Positions 38,616 to 50,928 of a DNA stretch of 64,000 nt are shown here, piece by piece. Source of the stretch: Candidatus Coprovivens sp. (GTDB lineage Bacteria > Bacillota_I > Bacilli_A > RF39 > UBA660); the NCBI GenBank assembly GCA_051892935.1, contig JBJFGS010000025.1:80813-144812 (forward strand), read 5' to 3'. The notes under the pieces are model-generated. The model did no database searches and had not been told where the DNA came from. It saw only the letters and a list, made by a program, of their open reading frames with translations. The position numbers and the translations under genes were made by a program. Each line of letters opens with the position of its first letter. Position 1 is the first letter of the stretch.

Positions 38616-40777
38616 AATTTACTTTTCCTTTCAACTTCAATTAAGAAAGGCAATGACTTCAAATCACTAATAAAGTTTTCCAATTGTGTAGAACTAGTCG
38701 TTTTAATTGTAAGTGCAAAAGTAGTACTATCTAATTCTTCTATAGTTTTAACAGATTCAATATAAACATCTTTTTGAGAAGCTTTTGTAATAATATCAAG
38801 TAACTGATTTTTACCTCTAACAACCTTAATAGTTATATCTGTAAGATAAGAAGAATCACTATTCATATTCCATTCAACATCAATTAATCTCGTACTATTC
38901 TTTATATTTGGACAATCCTTTTTGTGGACAGCTATACCTTCTCCTTTAGTAATATAACCAATAATAGGATCACCCTTAACAGGTTTACAACAAGTTGCTA
39001 TTGTAACTAAAATATCATCAGTACCAGCAACAATTATATCACCTTTTGAAGCCTTATTACTTATACTACCTCTATTATTAACTTTACTTAGATAGATATC
39101 CATAACATCTTTTTTATCTTCAAATAATAAATCAATAATATAACCAGCTGTATATCTTAAAGATCCAATAGATAAATATAAATCATCTAAATCATTTGTA
39201 TGAGTGTCCCTAAACACTTTATTTAGATTATCATCAGTCAATACATCAGAAAAAGATAATTTTCTTCTTCTAATTTCTTTTTCCAACATTTCCTTACCAC
39301 TATTAATATAATTAGTTCTATCTTGTTTACTAAAATATGATTTGATTTTACTTTTAGCCTGGCTCGTTTTAACAAAATTCAACCAATCTTTATTTGGATT
39401 AGCTTCTTTTCCAGTGTTAATTTTTACAATATCTCCATCTTGCAATTCATAATCTAAAGGAACAATTTGATCATTGACAATAGCTCCTATAGTTCTATCG
39501 CCAACACCACTATGAATACGATATGCAAAATCTATAGGAGTTGCACCTTTAGGTAATTCTAAAACATCTCCTTTTGGAGTATAACAATAAATTAAATCAG
39601 TAAGTAATTCATTATTTAAATTATTAGCAAACTCAACATCACTTTCTACACCATTATTAGCTTCAATAATATTTCTAAACATTTCAAGTTTATGTTCCAT
39701 CATACTCTGTACTTTAACAGAACCTTTTTCTTTATAAGACCAATGCGAAGCAATACCTTTTTCTGCAATTTCATCCATTTCATAGGTTCTTACTTGTACT
39801 TCAAAAAGTTGCCCTTCTACACCAAAAACAGTCGTATGCAAACTCTGATACATGTTTTCTTTGGGATTAGCAACATAATCCTTAAATCTTCTAGGCATAG
39901 GTCTAAATTTACTATGTATCAACCCTATAGTTAAATAACACTCTTGTACAGTGTCAACAAATACTCTTAAAGCTAAAATATCATAAATATCACTAAACCT
40001 CTTACCATTATCCATTTTATTATAAAGACTGTGAACAGATTTAACTCTGCCCTTTATTTTAAAAGGAATACCATTTTCTGTAAGAATATCAGAAATACTT
40101 TGTTTCATCTCTAGTAAATACTCATTTAATTGTTCTCTAGAAGCATCAAGTTTTTCCAAAATATCGTTATATACATCCGGTTTAGTATATCGTAGGCATA
40201 AATCCTCTAATTCACTCTTAATACTATTAATACCTAATCTATGAGCAATCGGAATTAAAACAGCAGTCGTTTCATTAGCTTTTTGCTTCTGCTCATCAAC
40301 AGTTAAAGCATCAAGAGTTCTCATATTATGTAATCTATCAGCTAATTTTATAAATAAAACTCTAACATCTTCAGAAAGTCCAATTAATACTTTTCTTAAA
40401 TAAGCAGCAGAAGAATCTTTATCATCAGATAATTCTAGTCTATTAATTTTACTCAAACTATTTACAATAGTAGCAATTTCTTCACCAAAATCCTCTCTTA
40501 TTTCATCTAAAGTCGCATCTGTATGATTTATCGTTTCATGTAAAAGAGCCGAAGCAAGAGTAATATAATCAACATTTAAATCACATAAAATATTAGCAAC
40601 TTCTAAAGGATGTGTTATATAATCATCACCATTACGTCTTTTTTTACCCGCATGTTTAGCTAAAGCAAAACTATAAGCATTATTAATTACATCCAACTCA
40701 TCTTGTTTTTTTACTATTTTTTTAATTTTTTCATATAATTCATCATAAGTAACAGGTTTTTCATTATTTTGTGTCAT
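38612..40777 (-). CDS. relA: bifunctional (p)ppGpp synthetase/hydrolase Rel
   Basis: HD hydrolase domain (HPLEVANIL), synthetase domain, TGS and ACT regions. The start is ambiguous (ATG 40777, GTG 40780, or the track ATG at 40789 that abuts an AGGAG). Confidence 0.9.
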   Translation of the reverse strand: MTQNNEKPVTYDELYEKIKKIVKKQDELDVINNAYSFALAKHAGKKRRNGDDYITHPLEVANILCDLNVDYITLASALLHETINHTDATLDEIREDFGEEIATIVNSLSKINRLELSDDKDSSAAYLRKVLIGLSEDVRVLFIKLADRLHNMRTLDALTVDEQKQKANETTAVLIPIAHRLGINSIKSELEDLCLRYTKPDVYNDILEKLDASREQLNEYLLEMKQSISDILTENGIPFKIKGRVKSVHSLYNKMDNGKRFSDIYDILALRVFVDTVQECYLTIGLIHSKFRPMPRRFKDYVANPKENMYQSLHTTVFGVEGQLFEVQVRTYEMDEIAEKGIASHWSYKEKGSVKVQSMMEHKLEMFRNIIEANNGVESDVEFANNLNNELLTDLIYCYTPKGDVLELPKGATPIDFAYRIHSGVGDRTIGAIVNDQIVPLDYELQDGDIVKINTGKEANPNKDWLNFVKTSQAKSKIKSYFSKQDRTNYINSGKEMLEKEIRRRKLSFSDVLTDDNLNKVFRDTHTNDLDDLYLSIGSLRYTAGYIIDLLFEDKKDVMDIYLSKVNNRGSISNKASKGDIIVAGTDDILVTIATCCKPVKGDPIIGYITKGEGIAVHKKDCPNIKNSTRLIDVEWNMNSDSSYLTDITIKVVRGKNQLLDIITKASQKDVYIESVKTIEELDSTTFALTIKTTSSTQLENFISDLKSLPFLIEVERKSKL

Positions 40778-40803
40778 CACCAAAGTCATCTCCTATCATC
40801 ACA

Positions 40804-41115
40804 TTATGATTTCAACTTAGGTAAGATAATATCACCATCACCAAGTTGTCCATCATTTTTTGCATCTATATTCATATATTTATTATGATAATAACTAACT
40901 ATTAAATTATTATCAGTATGTAAAATATCATCAACCATATCACATAATTCTAAACCAATAGATAAAGACCACTTATTAAATCGTAAATAATCCCAAATAT
41001 CTTTTTCTGAAATATTTTTAAACCCAGCTTGTCTTAACAATCTTTTCTTACTTCTTAAAGCCGGTTTAATTCTATCGTAAAGTTCTTCTTGTGAATTCAT
41101 AATAATTTCTTCCAT
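40804..41115 (-). CDS. ComN (YrzD)-like small post-transcriptional regulator, tentative
   Basis: 103 aa from the ATG with an AAGGTGA RBS. An EKDIWDYLRFNKW segment resembles ComN. The position next to relA matches Bacillus synteny. Confidence 0.4.
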   Translation of the reverse strand: MEEIIMNSQEELYDRIKPALRSKKRLLRQAGFKNISEKDIWDYLRFNKWSLSIGLELCDMVDDILHTDNNLIVSYYHNKYMNIDAKNDGQLGDGDIILPKLKS

Positions 41116-41190
41116 ATTAATCACCTTAACATAATACTTCAACACTTACATTATATAACAAAAAGAAAAACTTATAAAGGAGAAAAGCCT

Positions 41191-42474
41191 ACGAAAAATA
41201 AATTTATAAAATCAACTATTATTCTCCTTATAGGAGGATGTCTTACTAAAATACTTGGTTTAATAATAAAAATAATATATACAAGAAATATCGGATTAGA
41301 AGGCGTTACAATCAATTCATTAATAGCACCAACATACTCTCTTCTAATAACATTAGCAAACTTTAATATGATAGTATCAATAAGTAAAAGAATAAGTTCA
41401 AATATATCTTCTAAAAAAGTACTAATAAATTCATGTTATATAATGTTTATTTTAGACTTAATACTTATAATAATAATGTTTCTATCTTCAAAATATATTA
41501 GTATTAATCTTCTAAAAAACCCTAGTACTTATTATCCACTTCTAGCTTGTTCTCTAACACTACCCTTTATATCTATAGGATACATTATTAAAGGATATTT
41601 CTATGGTAAACAAAATATGACACCACATATGATAAGTAACGTTTTAGAACAATTATTTCGTCTTATAATAATATCTACCTTTATTCCAAAAATAACTAAA
41701 TATGGAAGTATATTAACAATTACTATATATATATTATTTAATATAATAAGTGAATCAGTATCTATCATAATATTTTTATTCTTTCTTCCTAAAAACATAA
41801 AAATTAAAAAAGAAGATTTGCAATTCAATTATAATGAAATAAAAGAAATATTAGGAATATCTATTCCCTCAATAGCAGGTCGTCTACTAGGTAATTTAGG
41901 CTTCTTTCTAGAACCAATAGTACTAACAAATATATTATCATATAAAGGTTTATCTATTAACTACATAACAACAGAATATGCAATATATAATACATATACC
42001 ATATCAACACTTTTATTCCCATCATTTTTTATAACAGCAATATCAAATTCTCTTCTACCAGAAGTATCAAATTATTATAGCAAAAACAAAATAAGCATAG
42101 TAAAAAAAAGAATTAAACAATCATTAATAATATCACTTATAATAGGTTTACTTTGTACTATAACAATAACCATTTTAAAAGAACCTCTACTAAAAATATT
42201 ATATAATACCAAAGAAGGAATAGAATACATAAATATCCTAGCCCCATTCTTCATTCTCTTTTACCTAGAATCACCATTAGTTAGCGCTTTAACAGGTATA
42301 AACAAAATAAAACATTGCACTATAATAAGTACAACTGGTATCATAATAAAACTCTTAGCAATAATAATTCTAGGATTACTAAACTTTAAAATATATTCAC
42401 TTATAATAGCAGAAATAATAAATATAATATATGTTACTACATTAAACTATATAACCTTAAAAAAAGCACTATAA
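41191..42474 (+). CDS. MOP-superfamily flippase (SpoVB/MurJ/Wzx-like) whose expected start codon reads ACG
   Basis: The conserved N-terminal TM region (KFIKSTIILLIGGCLTKILGLIIKIIY...) is in frame upstream of the track ORF (41368). A perfect AAAGGAG RBS lies 8 nt before ACG at 41191. An in-frame TAA at 41176. No ATG/GTG/TTG occurs until 41368. Confidence 0.5.
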   Translation, partial: TKNKFIKSTIILLIGGCLTKILGLIIKIIYTRNIGLEGVTINSLIAPTYSLLITLANFNMIVSISKRISSNISSKKVLINSCYIMFILDLILIIIMFLSSKYISINLLKNPSTYYPLLACSLTLPFISIGYIIKGYFYGKQNMTPHMISNVLEQLFRLIIISTFIPKITKYGSILTITIYILFNIISESVSIIIFLFFLPKNIKIKKEDLQFNYNEIKEILGISIPSIAGRLLGNLGFFLEPIVLTNILSYKGLSINYITTEYAIYNTYTISTLLFPSFFITAISNSLLPEVSNYYSKNKISIVKKRIKQSLIISLIIGLLCTITITILKEPLLKILYNTKEGIEYINILAPFFILFYLESPLVSALTGINKIKHCTIISTTGIIIKLLAIIILGLLNFKIYSLIIAEIINIIYVTTLNYITLKKAL

Positions 42475-42483
42475 GTGCTTTTT
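42461..42483. terminator. bidirectional terminator
   Basis: AAAAAGCACT-ata-AGTGCTTTTT overlapping both convergent stop codons. Confidence 0.55.
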
Positions 42484-43114
42484 AAGACTTCCTAATAATA
42501 TAAATATGATTATTTTTAAAAAGAGCATAAAATATATTATCCAAAGAAATATTATTCCTTATAAGCACATCCTCTAACCACTTATAAGATTTATTAATAT
42601 ATTTTAATGTATCTTTTTGTACTACACCTTCAACAATAATAGGTAAAGGTAAATTACTTTTAAGTTTAAATGGTTTATATTTAAAAATAGATAATTCCCC
42701 ATTAGTTTCTAGTAAAGCATATTCAACTTCTTCAATAGAAGAAATACCCTTTTTTCTTAATTCCAATAACAAATCATCAATAGAATATCTTTGACTCACT
42801 AAATTCTTATATACAATCTTACCATCATTAATTATAACAGTCGGCTTCCCACCAAAAACTTTATTAACTATTCTTAATTTAACGCTTAAATATCCTAAAA
42901 CAATCTCTAATACAACTAAAACTGCAATCGGTGCAATAGCAAGCCAAATACTTTGATTAGTTTTTTCAATACTTAAAGCAACCAATTCAGCTATCAAAAT
43001 AGACACAATAAGATCTATTATTCCCAATTGGCCAACTTCTCTCTTACCCATAATTCTATAAGCAAATACAATAAAAAAATAAAAAAACACAGTTCTAAAA
43101 ATAGTATCAAACAT
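42482..43114 (-). CDS. DUF421/YetF-family membrane protein
   Basis: N-terminal YRIMGKREVGQL motif, two TM helices, C-terminal YetF-type domain. Confidence 0.7.
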   Translation of the reverse strand: MFDTIFRTVFFYFFIVFAYRIMGKREVGQLGIIDLIVSILIAELVALSIEKTNQSIWLAIAPIAVLVVLEIVLGYLSVKLRIVNKVFGGKPTVIINDGKIVYKNLVSQRYSIDDLLLELRKKGISSIEEVEYALLETNGELSIFKYKPFKLKSNLPLPIIVEGVVQKDTLKYINKSYKWLEDVLIRNNISLDNIFYALFKNNHIYIIRKS

Positions 43115-43181
43115 AAAATCACCTAATAATATTATGGTACTAAATAATTATTTTTAAACATAATATTAATTAGGTGATTAA

Positions 43182-43547
43182 ATGAATATAATAAAACAAT
43201 ATTCTTATATACTAAAATTTATTATTTTTATACTATTAGCAACAACAACTCTAACTATAATAAATTTAATTTATCCTTTAAATAAAACTACTAATCAAAT
43301 AGTAAGTCTAATTATAATAACAATCTACTCATTAATAATAGGAATAAAAAAAGGAATAAAATGTGAAGAAAAAGCATATATAGAAGGTCTTAAACTAGGA
43401 ACAATTAATATAATAGTATTATATATATTAAGTATAATTACCTTAGACTTTAGAATTACTATAAAAAGAACAATATATTACTTAATAATTATCGGAATAA
43501 CAACATTAGGAAGTATTATTGGAATAAATAAAAAAAATACTAGATAA
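43182..43547 (+). CDS. small three-helix membrane protein
   Basis: 121 aa hydrophobic ORF, AGGTGA RBS. Followed by a bidirectional terminator AAAGACAC-aaaa-GTGTCTTT (43546-43569). Confidence 0.4.
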   Translation: MNIIKQYSYILKFIIFILLATTTLTIINLIYPLNKTTNQIVSLIIITIYSLIIGIKKGIKCEEKAYIEGLKLGTINIIVLYILSIITLDFRITIKRTIYYLIIIGITTLGSIIGINKKNTR

Positions 43548-43572
43548 AAAGACACAAAAGTGTCTTTTTAAA

Positions 43573-44685
43573 TCAAACTTTATTCCCATTTTCATCAAAA
43601 GCATAAATATAATTAACGTTATTATAAATAAACATATTATTGCCTGTAATTTCTAATACCTGGTCGTTATTAAAAACGATCTTATCATATCCTACATCGA
43701 ATTTATACAAAACATCATTATAAATGATAGTACCATCTCTTTTAATAATCAACTCATTAACTAAGATATCATCATTCTCACCTTTATACGAACCAGTATA
43801 AGTACCAAAAGATATCCTGCGCCCTTTTACAGCAATAGCATCAACATTTTGATATTTATCTTCATCCCCAGATGAAACATACTCTTTAGAAGAATTTTCG
43901 CTCTTTAGTTTATCAATCGCAGTATTAATATCTTTTTCATAAGTGGTATATCTTCCTATAATAGTCTTCATATCAACTTCAAAATTACTAGTATTAACTT
44001 GATAGAAAACTAATTTATATTTACCATCTACATAAGCTTTATTATATTCCTCTAATAATCTATCAGTAGTAACTTTAATATCAGAATCAAAAGCTTTACC
44101 ATTAATAACCTTATCTAAACTAGTATAAGCTCCATAATCACCATTAGAAGAAATAAAAATATACCAACCAACACTTTTATCAACTACAGAATATAACATA
44201 TGTAAAGAATATAAATGATAATACTTAGTACTAAAGACTTCTTTATCAGAAATATAAAAAATTTTCAAAGTATCATTATTACTCTTATCTTGGTATTTAA
44301 CCAACATTTCAGGTGTTCCATTAAAATCTAAATCAACTAAAGAAATATCATATTGTATATAATCAGACATCTCTTTTTGAATAAAAAGAGCATAAGAATC
44401 TCCCCAAGTAGTACCAGTTTCAAAAGATAAAGTACCATCTTCATTAATTAAAGAACCCCCATTATTATATTTCTTTTGCATAGAAACAAATAAAACAATA
44501 ATTATACATAGAACTAATACTCCAAAAAACATAATAATAGTCTTTTTACTCTTATTAGGATTTTTTAAATTATTAACAAATACTTTTGCTTTATTAGCAA
44601 TACTTTTATCATTTAGAATAGGTTCCAAAAGTTCTACACTATTACTACTTTGAGTATCTTTTTGATTATTAACATCACCATTCAT
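43573..44685 (-). CDS. membrane-anchored extracytoplasmic protein, function unknown
   Basis: 370 aa. TM helix IIMFFGVLVLCIIIVLFV after a polar N-terminal tail. Confidence 0.45.
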   Translation of the reverse strand: MNGDVNNQKDTQSSNSVELLEPILNDKSIANKAKVFVNNLKNPNKSKKTIIMFFGVLVLCIIIVLFVSMQKKYNNGGSLINEDGTLSFETGTTWGDSYALFIQKEMSDYIQYDISLVDLDFNGTPEMLVKYQDKSNNDTLKIFYISDKEVFSTKYYHLYSLHMLYSVVDKSVGWYIFISSNGDYGAYTSLDKVINGKAFDSDIKVTTDRLLEEYNKAYVDGKYKLVFYQVNTSNFEVDMKTIIGRYTTYEKDINTAIDKLKSENSSKEYVSSGDEDKYQNVDAIAVKGRRISFGTYTGSYKGENDDILVNELIIKRDGTIIYNDVLYKFDVGYDKIVFNNDQVLEITGNNMFIYNNVNYIYAFDENGNKV

Positions 44686-44746
44686 ACTATCACTATCCTC
44701 CTATTATATAATATCACATAATAATAAAATTTAAACAAAAAAGATA

Positions 44747-45934
<1,188 letters not shown>

Positions 45935-46017
45935 TTATAACATAAATAATATTATATTAAAACTTGCTTTTTTATAAAAAAGAATTATAATAATCCTCGC
46001 AAAAAGGGGAAATTAAA

Positions 46018-46944
46018 ATGATATCAAATGAAATAAGTGCCGACGGAATAAAACAAAAACTATATCAAAAAGCAAGAAGTTTCAAAAATTTCGAAAATTT
46101 AAATGAAGATGATTTAGTTAGAATATCTAAAAAAGTATATTATAAACAAGAAAGCAATCAAGAACCAACACTATTAAATCTCGTTTCAAATAAATTATCA
46201 AAATATTTAAATACATTAAGATATTTAACAAATCCACAAATTCACATAGAATTACCAAATTACGATGAAAGAATAATATATTTAATAATGAGTTCTGACC
46301 CAGACTTAGTAATATATAAAGAATTTTTAAAAAGAAATATAACAACTATTAAAGAAATAAATAGCGAGCAAGATATCCGTAAAAAAGAAGAATTAATTGA
46401 AAAACGCAGTATTGAAATAATGGAATATCAAGCAAAAGTAAGAAGTTTAATAGGTTTTTATGATAGTCAACTATTAAAATTTGAAGAAATATATTTTAAG
46501 AAATTTACAAGTAAATATGAATTAATTACTGATGTAAGACAAGACTACACAACAAAACTACTAGCTATCGTACCTTTATTCAAAAATCTATCTCCATTAA
46601 GTCAAAAAAGATATAAAGAATTACAAGAAAAAGCAACAATATGGCTTAATGAAACACACGCAATAAATAATTTACACACAGTTGCATATAGTTGCAATAT
46701 CCAAAAAGAAACTATAGGTTTAAATAGTATATTAGAACAATTAGTATTTTTCATACTAGTTGCCGATCCTAATTTAAAATGTCTTCAAATATACGAAGAA
46801 GAATCAAAAATGAGCGAAGTACAAAGAAGAATAGAAGAAGAATTTGGTTATTATAACATTAACTTAATATTATTAGAAAAAATATACCATCAAGCTTTTT
46901 GTCCTGATAAAGAATTAAGTCCATGGACATTAAAAAAACAATAG
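46018..46944 (+). CDS. hypothetical cytoplasmic protein
   Basis: 308 aa. No motif recognised. Terminator AATAGAAA-caaa-TTTCTATT at 46940-46966. Confidence 0.45.
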   Translation: MISNEISADGIKQKLYQKARSFKNFENLNEDDLVRISKKVYYKQESNQEPTLLNLVSNKLSKYLNTLRYLTNPQIHIELPNYDERIIYLIMSSDPDLVIYKEFLKRNITTIKEINSEQDIRKKEELIEKRSIEIMEYQAKVRSLIGFYDSQLLKFEEIYFKKFTSKYELITDVRQDYTTKLLAIVPLFKNLSPLSQKRYKELQEKATIWLNETHAINNLHTVAYSCNIQKETIGLNSILEQLVFFILVADPNLKCLQIYEEESKMSEVQRRIEEEFGYYNINLILLEKIYHQAFCPDKELSPWTLKKQ

Positions 46945-46963
46945 AAACAAATTTCTATTGTTT

Positions 46964-48571
46964 TTATTTAGCTAATTTTTTAACACTATTTTTATTCTTT
47001 AATCCTAAAAACAATTTTTTACCAACAAATTTAACAGCTACAATAATATATGCACATGATAATAATAAATCAACACAGTTTAAGACTTTAGCAACCGGTA
47101 AATCAGGATAATTACTTAAATCAATTTCAATAGTACCAGCAACATACTCAGAATCCACCTTATCAATAAAATCATCACCAAATACAGAATAATCATATAA
47201 AAAACTTACATCGCAATGTTTCATATCATTACTAGCTCCCGTATCAGTACATACATTAGTAACTTGTTTCATTACAGGAGTATATCCATCTTCTAAAGAA
47301 GATTCAACTTCCACAATTTCATCTAAAGTAACATCATCATAACTCAATTTTTCATTAGTAGAATATTGTGGACCACCAGACTTCCATACATACCAATTAG
47401 TATCATTTAAATCAATATGTTCTCCATTCTTATTCAAAGAATCATTAATCAAACTTAAAGTATGACCATTTCCATAAATTCCTATTTTAGAAAAACCATT
47501 TCCCAAACATTTTTGTTCGAATACTTCCATTAATCTATAATAATCATTACCACTAAAATACTCTTCAAAATCTAAAAATACAGAAATATTCTCCCTATTA
47601 AGTTCAATTCCATTATTTTCCATTTCCTTATTTAAAACAGAAAAATATTCATCTAATCTTTCTTCATAGACAGATACTTTCATATCTGAAGAAACACAAA
47701 AATATAAACCTAAACTTATATCATTATTCACAACATTAATTATCTGATTAGTACATTCTTCTATATATGAACCACTATTATCAATATAATTACGAGGATC
47801 TCTAGCTACTTCAACTATAACATAATCAGAAGTTTCCTTAACTCTATTCCAATCTATATTAACTTGATAATTACTTATGTCAATTCCTCTTGCAACAGCA
47901 TAGCTATAAGTAACATTATTACTTACTGTATCAACTGTCTTATACAAATTAGGAATTAATATTACATCCCCAACATTTAACTCACTTTTGTCATTATTAT
48001 AAAAAATCAAATCATTTTCACTAAGACCAAATTGTAAAGCTAAAGAATGATAAGTATCTCCAAGTTGAACTCTATAAGAAGAACTATATACTAATTTGTG
48101 AGATGAATTTAAACCCTTTTTTAATATTATATTTGATAAATCTTCCTTAGCTGTAATACTACCTTGTAAATCTTTATGAATAGTATAAGTACCATCAAAT
48201 TTAATTTGACTACTATCTTGAACTAAAAAACAATCATAATTACTTAAGTCATATATGAAACGATTACAATCCACTAAATTTGAATCTTTACCATACATTC
48301 CTAAATACATATCACTTCTCTCAGCTTTACTAACAAAAGCTTCTATAATTTCTTTCCTTTGAGCATTATTAAGATTTTTATTTTCCATAACACCATCAAT
48401 ATTACAATAAACAGGTAAATCAATCTTATAATCTTTAACAATTGCTTGTAAATAATCAACATCTTTATATATTTGAGCTAAATCGTAAGCTTTAGTATCT
48501 AATATTAAACCGACACTAATATCTAATTCATCACACTTTTCTAGTTTAGCTTTTACAGCACTAATATTCAT
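46964..48571 (-). CDS. LysM-domain GH25 (Lyc-type) muramidase-like protein with a C-terminal hydrophobic anchor
   Basis: LysM (YRVQLGDTYHSLALQFGLSENDL...GDVILIP). GH25 signature (RGIDISNYQVNIDWNRV). The start is uncertain (ATG 48571 or 48592, or the track TTG at 48604). Confidence 0.6.
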   Translation of the reverse strand: MNISAVKAKLEKCDELDISVGLILDTKAYDLAQIYKDVDYLQAIVKDYKIDLPVYCNIDGVMENKNLNNAQRKEIIEAFVSKAERSDMYLGMYGKDSNLVDCNRFIYDLSNYDCFLVQDSSQIKFDGTYTIHKDLQGSITAKEDLSNIILKKGLNSSHKLVYSSSYRVQLGDTYHSLALQFGLSENDLIFYNNDKSELNVGDVILIPNLYKTVDTVSNNVTYSYAVARGIDISNYQVNIDWNRVKETSDYVIVEVARDPRNYIDNSGSYIEECTNQIINVVNNDISLGLYFCVSSDMKVSVYEERLDEYFSVLNKEMENNGIELNRENISVFLDFEEYFSGNDYYRLMEVFEQKCLGNGFSKIGIYGNGHTLSLINDSLNKNGEHIDLNDTNWYVWKSGGPQYSTNEKLSYDDVTLDEIVEVESSLEDGYTPVMKQVTNVCTDTGASNDMKHCDVSFLYDYSVFGDDFIDKVDSEYVAGTIEIDLSNYPDLPVAKVLNCVDLLLSCAYIIVAVKFVGKKLFLGLKNKNSVKKLAK

Positions 48572-48689
48572 TAAAATCACTTGTACTAACATGTAACACA
48601 ACAAAATTATTAGTATGAACTACAGTATTATATTTTATCCCAATATTTTCATATCCAACAGTATTCTCATTCGATTTATCACTAGATTC

Positions 48690-48800
48690 TTATACTATAT
48701 TAGTTTTTATTAAAGCCCCAGTTTTTAAAAAAGCTGCTGGTGTCCCTAACAAAAATAGTATTTTTTCCAAAATGCTAAAAAACTTTTTACTCTTTTTCAT
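48690..48800 (-). CDS. small hydrophobic protein (36 aa), not in the ORF track
   Basis: MKKSKKFFSILEKILFLLGTPAAFLKTGALIKTNIV. RBS GGGGAG 7 nt upstream. Confidence 0.25.
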   Translation of the reverse strand: MKKSKKFFSILEKILFLLGTPAAFLKTGALIKTNIV

Positions 48801-48880
48801 AAATACTCCCCTTTTTATATCTTTTATAATAAAAAATGAAAAAATTATGCAACAAAAAATGCCATATAAAAAACGACACT

Positions 48881-49936
48881 TTACATTTTTTTGTCGTTTT
48901 TTAAATCATTAGTAATAAACATTGCATCTCCAAAACTAAAAAATCTATATTTTTCTAAAACAGCAATTCTATAAGCGTTTAATATATTTTCTCTACTAGA
49001 TAATGCAGAAACTAACATAACCAAAGTACTTTTAGGTAAATGAAAATTAGTTATTAAACAATCGATAGCTTTAAATTCATAACCAGGATATATAAATATA
49101 TCAGTATTACCAGAACAAGCTTTAAAAACACCATTATTATTAGTAGCAATTGTTTCTAAAGTTCTAGTACTTGTAGTACCAACAGCAATTATACGCCTTC
49201 CATCTTTTTTTGCATCATTTAAAATACTAGCAGTTGTATCATTCATAACATAATACTCACTATGCATATGATGATCTAATATATTAGAAACTTCAACAGG
49301 CCTAAAAGTCCCCAATCCAACATGCAAAGTTACATATGTAATAATAACACCTTTATCTTCTATTTTCTTTAATAATTGAGGAGTAAAATGTAGACCAGCA
49401 GTTGGAGCAGCAGCACTACCAATATTTTTTGCATATACAGTTTGATATCTACTATTCTCTTCAAGTTTTTCATGTATATAAGGTGGCAAAGGCATACTTC
49501 CAAGTCTATCCAATATTTCCATTAAAATCCCCTCATATAATAACTGAACATGAACCAAACCTTCTGTAAACTTTTCTACTACTTTAGCTTTTAATTCCCC
49601 ATTACCAAAAGAAATAATAGTCCCTATCTTCAATCTTTTAGCAGGCTTAGATAAACATTCCCATTTATTAGAACCCAAATCCTTAAGTAACAAAAGTTCT
49701 ATAACAGCACCAGTTTCTTCCTTAATGCCAATCAATCTTGCAGGAATAACCTTAGTATCATTAAGAACTAAAACATCACCTTTATGTAAATAATCAATAA
49801 TGTTAGTAAAATGCTCGTGTTTTAATTCTCCAGTAACTTTGTCCATAACCAATAATCTTGAAGAATCTCTCACTTTTAAAGGAGTTTGTGCAATTAATTC
49901 ATTAGGCAATTCATAATCAAAATCATTTACATTCAT
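48881..49936 (-). CDS. queA: S-adenosylmethionine:tRNA ribosyltransferase-isomerase
   Basis: Full-length QueA. ATG ([11 protein letters not shown]) with a GGGGTG RBS (the track starts at a TTG at 49951). Confidence 0.9.
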   Translation of the reverse strand: MNVNDFDYELPNELIAQTPLKVRDSSRLLVMDKVTGELKHEHFTNIIDYLHKGDVLVLNDTKVIPARLIGIKEETGAVIELLLLKDLGSNKWECLSKPAKRLKIGTIISFGNGELKAKVVEKFTEGLVHVQLLYEGILMEILDRLGSMPLPPYIHEKLEENSRYQTVYAKNIGSAAAPTAGLHFTPQLLKKIEDKGVIITYVTLHVGLGTFRPVEVSNILDHHMHSEYYVMNDTTASILNDAKKDGRRIIAVGTTSTRTLETIATNNNGVFKACSGNTDIFIYPGYEFKAIDCLITNFHLPKSTLVMLVSALSSRENILNAYRIAVLEKYRFFSFGDAMFITNDLKNDKKM

Positions 49937-49995
49937 CTTAATACACCCCAATCAATACCATTAAATTATAAATACTTTTTTAAAAAAAGTCTACA

Positions 49996-50023
49996 CAAAA
50001 AAAGAATGACTAAAAATCATTCT
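49996..50023 (-). terminator. rho-independent terminator
   Basis: AGAATGA-ctaaaaa-TCATTCT overlapping the stop of the RnfD-like gene, with a U-run on the minus strand. Confidence 0.5.
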
Positions 50024-50928
50024 ATTGATAGTTTAAATTTATTAAGTAAAGGTGTTAAAAAACTAATAACAAGTATTCCAAAATAAACACCAATATTAAA
50101 TCTAACTAAATTAATCATTACTGCAGCAACGATTCCTACTAAAATAGCATAAATAATCCTACCACTTCTAACAACCGGAGTTGCAGTCGATAAAGAAGCA
50201 ACAAAAACTGCAATAAACACAAATCCGCTATTAAAAGTATTAACTAGTAATTCATTAAATGTTACAACCTTACCAAAATATAAAAGTACACTCACTAAAG
50301 CATAGCTTACTAAACAAATAATAGGAATATCCTTCTTATAATAAGAATTAAATAATAATATGATATAACCAACTATGGCAAGCAAAGTTGATGTAACCCC
50401 TATCTCACCAACACCCATACCTAAGAATAATTTAGCTGGGTCACTTTCAACAACTTTCAAAGTAACTTCATGATAATTCATATTACTATATAAACTCATT
50501 AAACTTAAAACTAAAAACAATATACATTTATATAAAGCAACCCTATTAACACATACTTTTTGATCAAGAAACTTCATAACAACATCTAAAACTACTATTA
50601 AAGGAATAGTAATATATAGTTTATTAGCAGGTCCTGTAACCAAATAACACAATGTATTAATATAAGGAATAATTGAATTAATAATATTATTATTATCTTC
50701 ATCTTTTTTTATACATAAATAATAATATGTCTCAAATACATAACTAAGTATTACAATTATAATAGGAATAATTAAATATTGTAGTGATAAAAACAAACTT
50801 AACTCCCCAGACTTATAAACCATTAGCCCATTTTTATAAAAAGAAAATATTATAATAGGAAGTATACTAACTAAGTATAACATATTAATACCAAATATCT
50901 TATTTTTCTTTACAAACCCTTTTTTCAT
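50017..50928 (-). CDS. RnfD/NqrB-like polytopic membrane protein
   Basis: 303 aa. An SLSTATPVVRSGR segment resembles the RnfD FMN-attachment region (TTSP...GR). Its start overlaps the upstream stop (ATGA). Confidence 0.5.
   Translation of the reverse strand: MKKGFVKKNKIFGINMLYLVSILPIIIFSFYKNGLMVYKSGELSLFLSLQYLIIPIIIVILSYVFETYYYLCIKKDEDNNNIINSIIPYINTLCYLVTGPANKLYITIPLIVVLDVVMKFLDQKVCVNRVALYKCILFLVLSLMSLYSNMNYHEVTLKVVESDPAKLFLGMGVGEIGVTSTLLAIVGYIILLFNSYYKKDIPIICLVSYALVSVLLYFGKVVTFNELLVNTFNSGFVFIAVFVASLSTATPVVRSGRIIYAILVGIVAAVMINLVRFNIGVYFGILVISFLTPLLNKFKLSIE

Noticed and set aside
46018-48880. Intact prophage at the queA-tgt insertion (because of the GH25 lysozyme)
   Set aside because: Only a single lysozyme-like gene is present. 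There is no integrase, capsid, terminase or holin signature.
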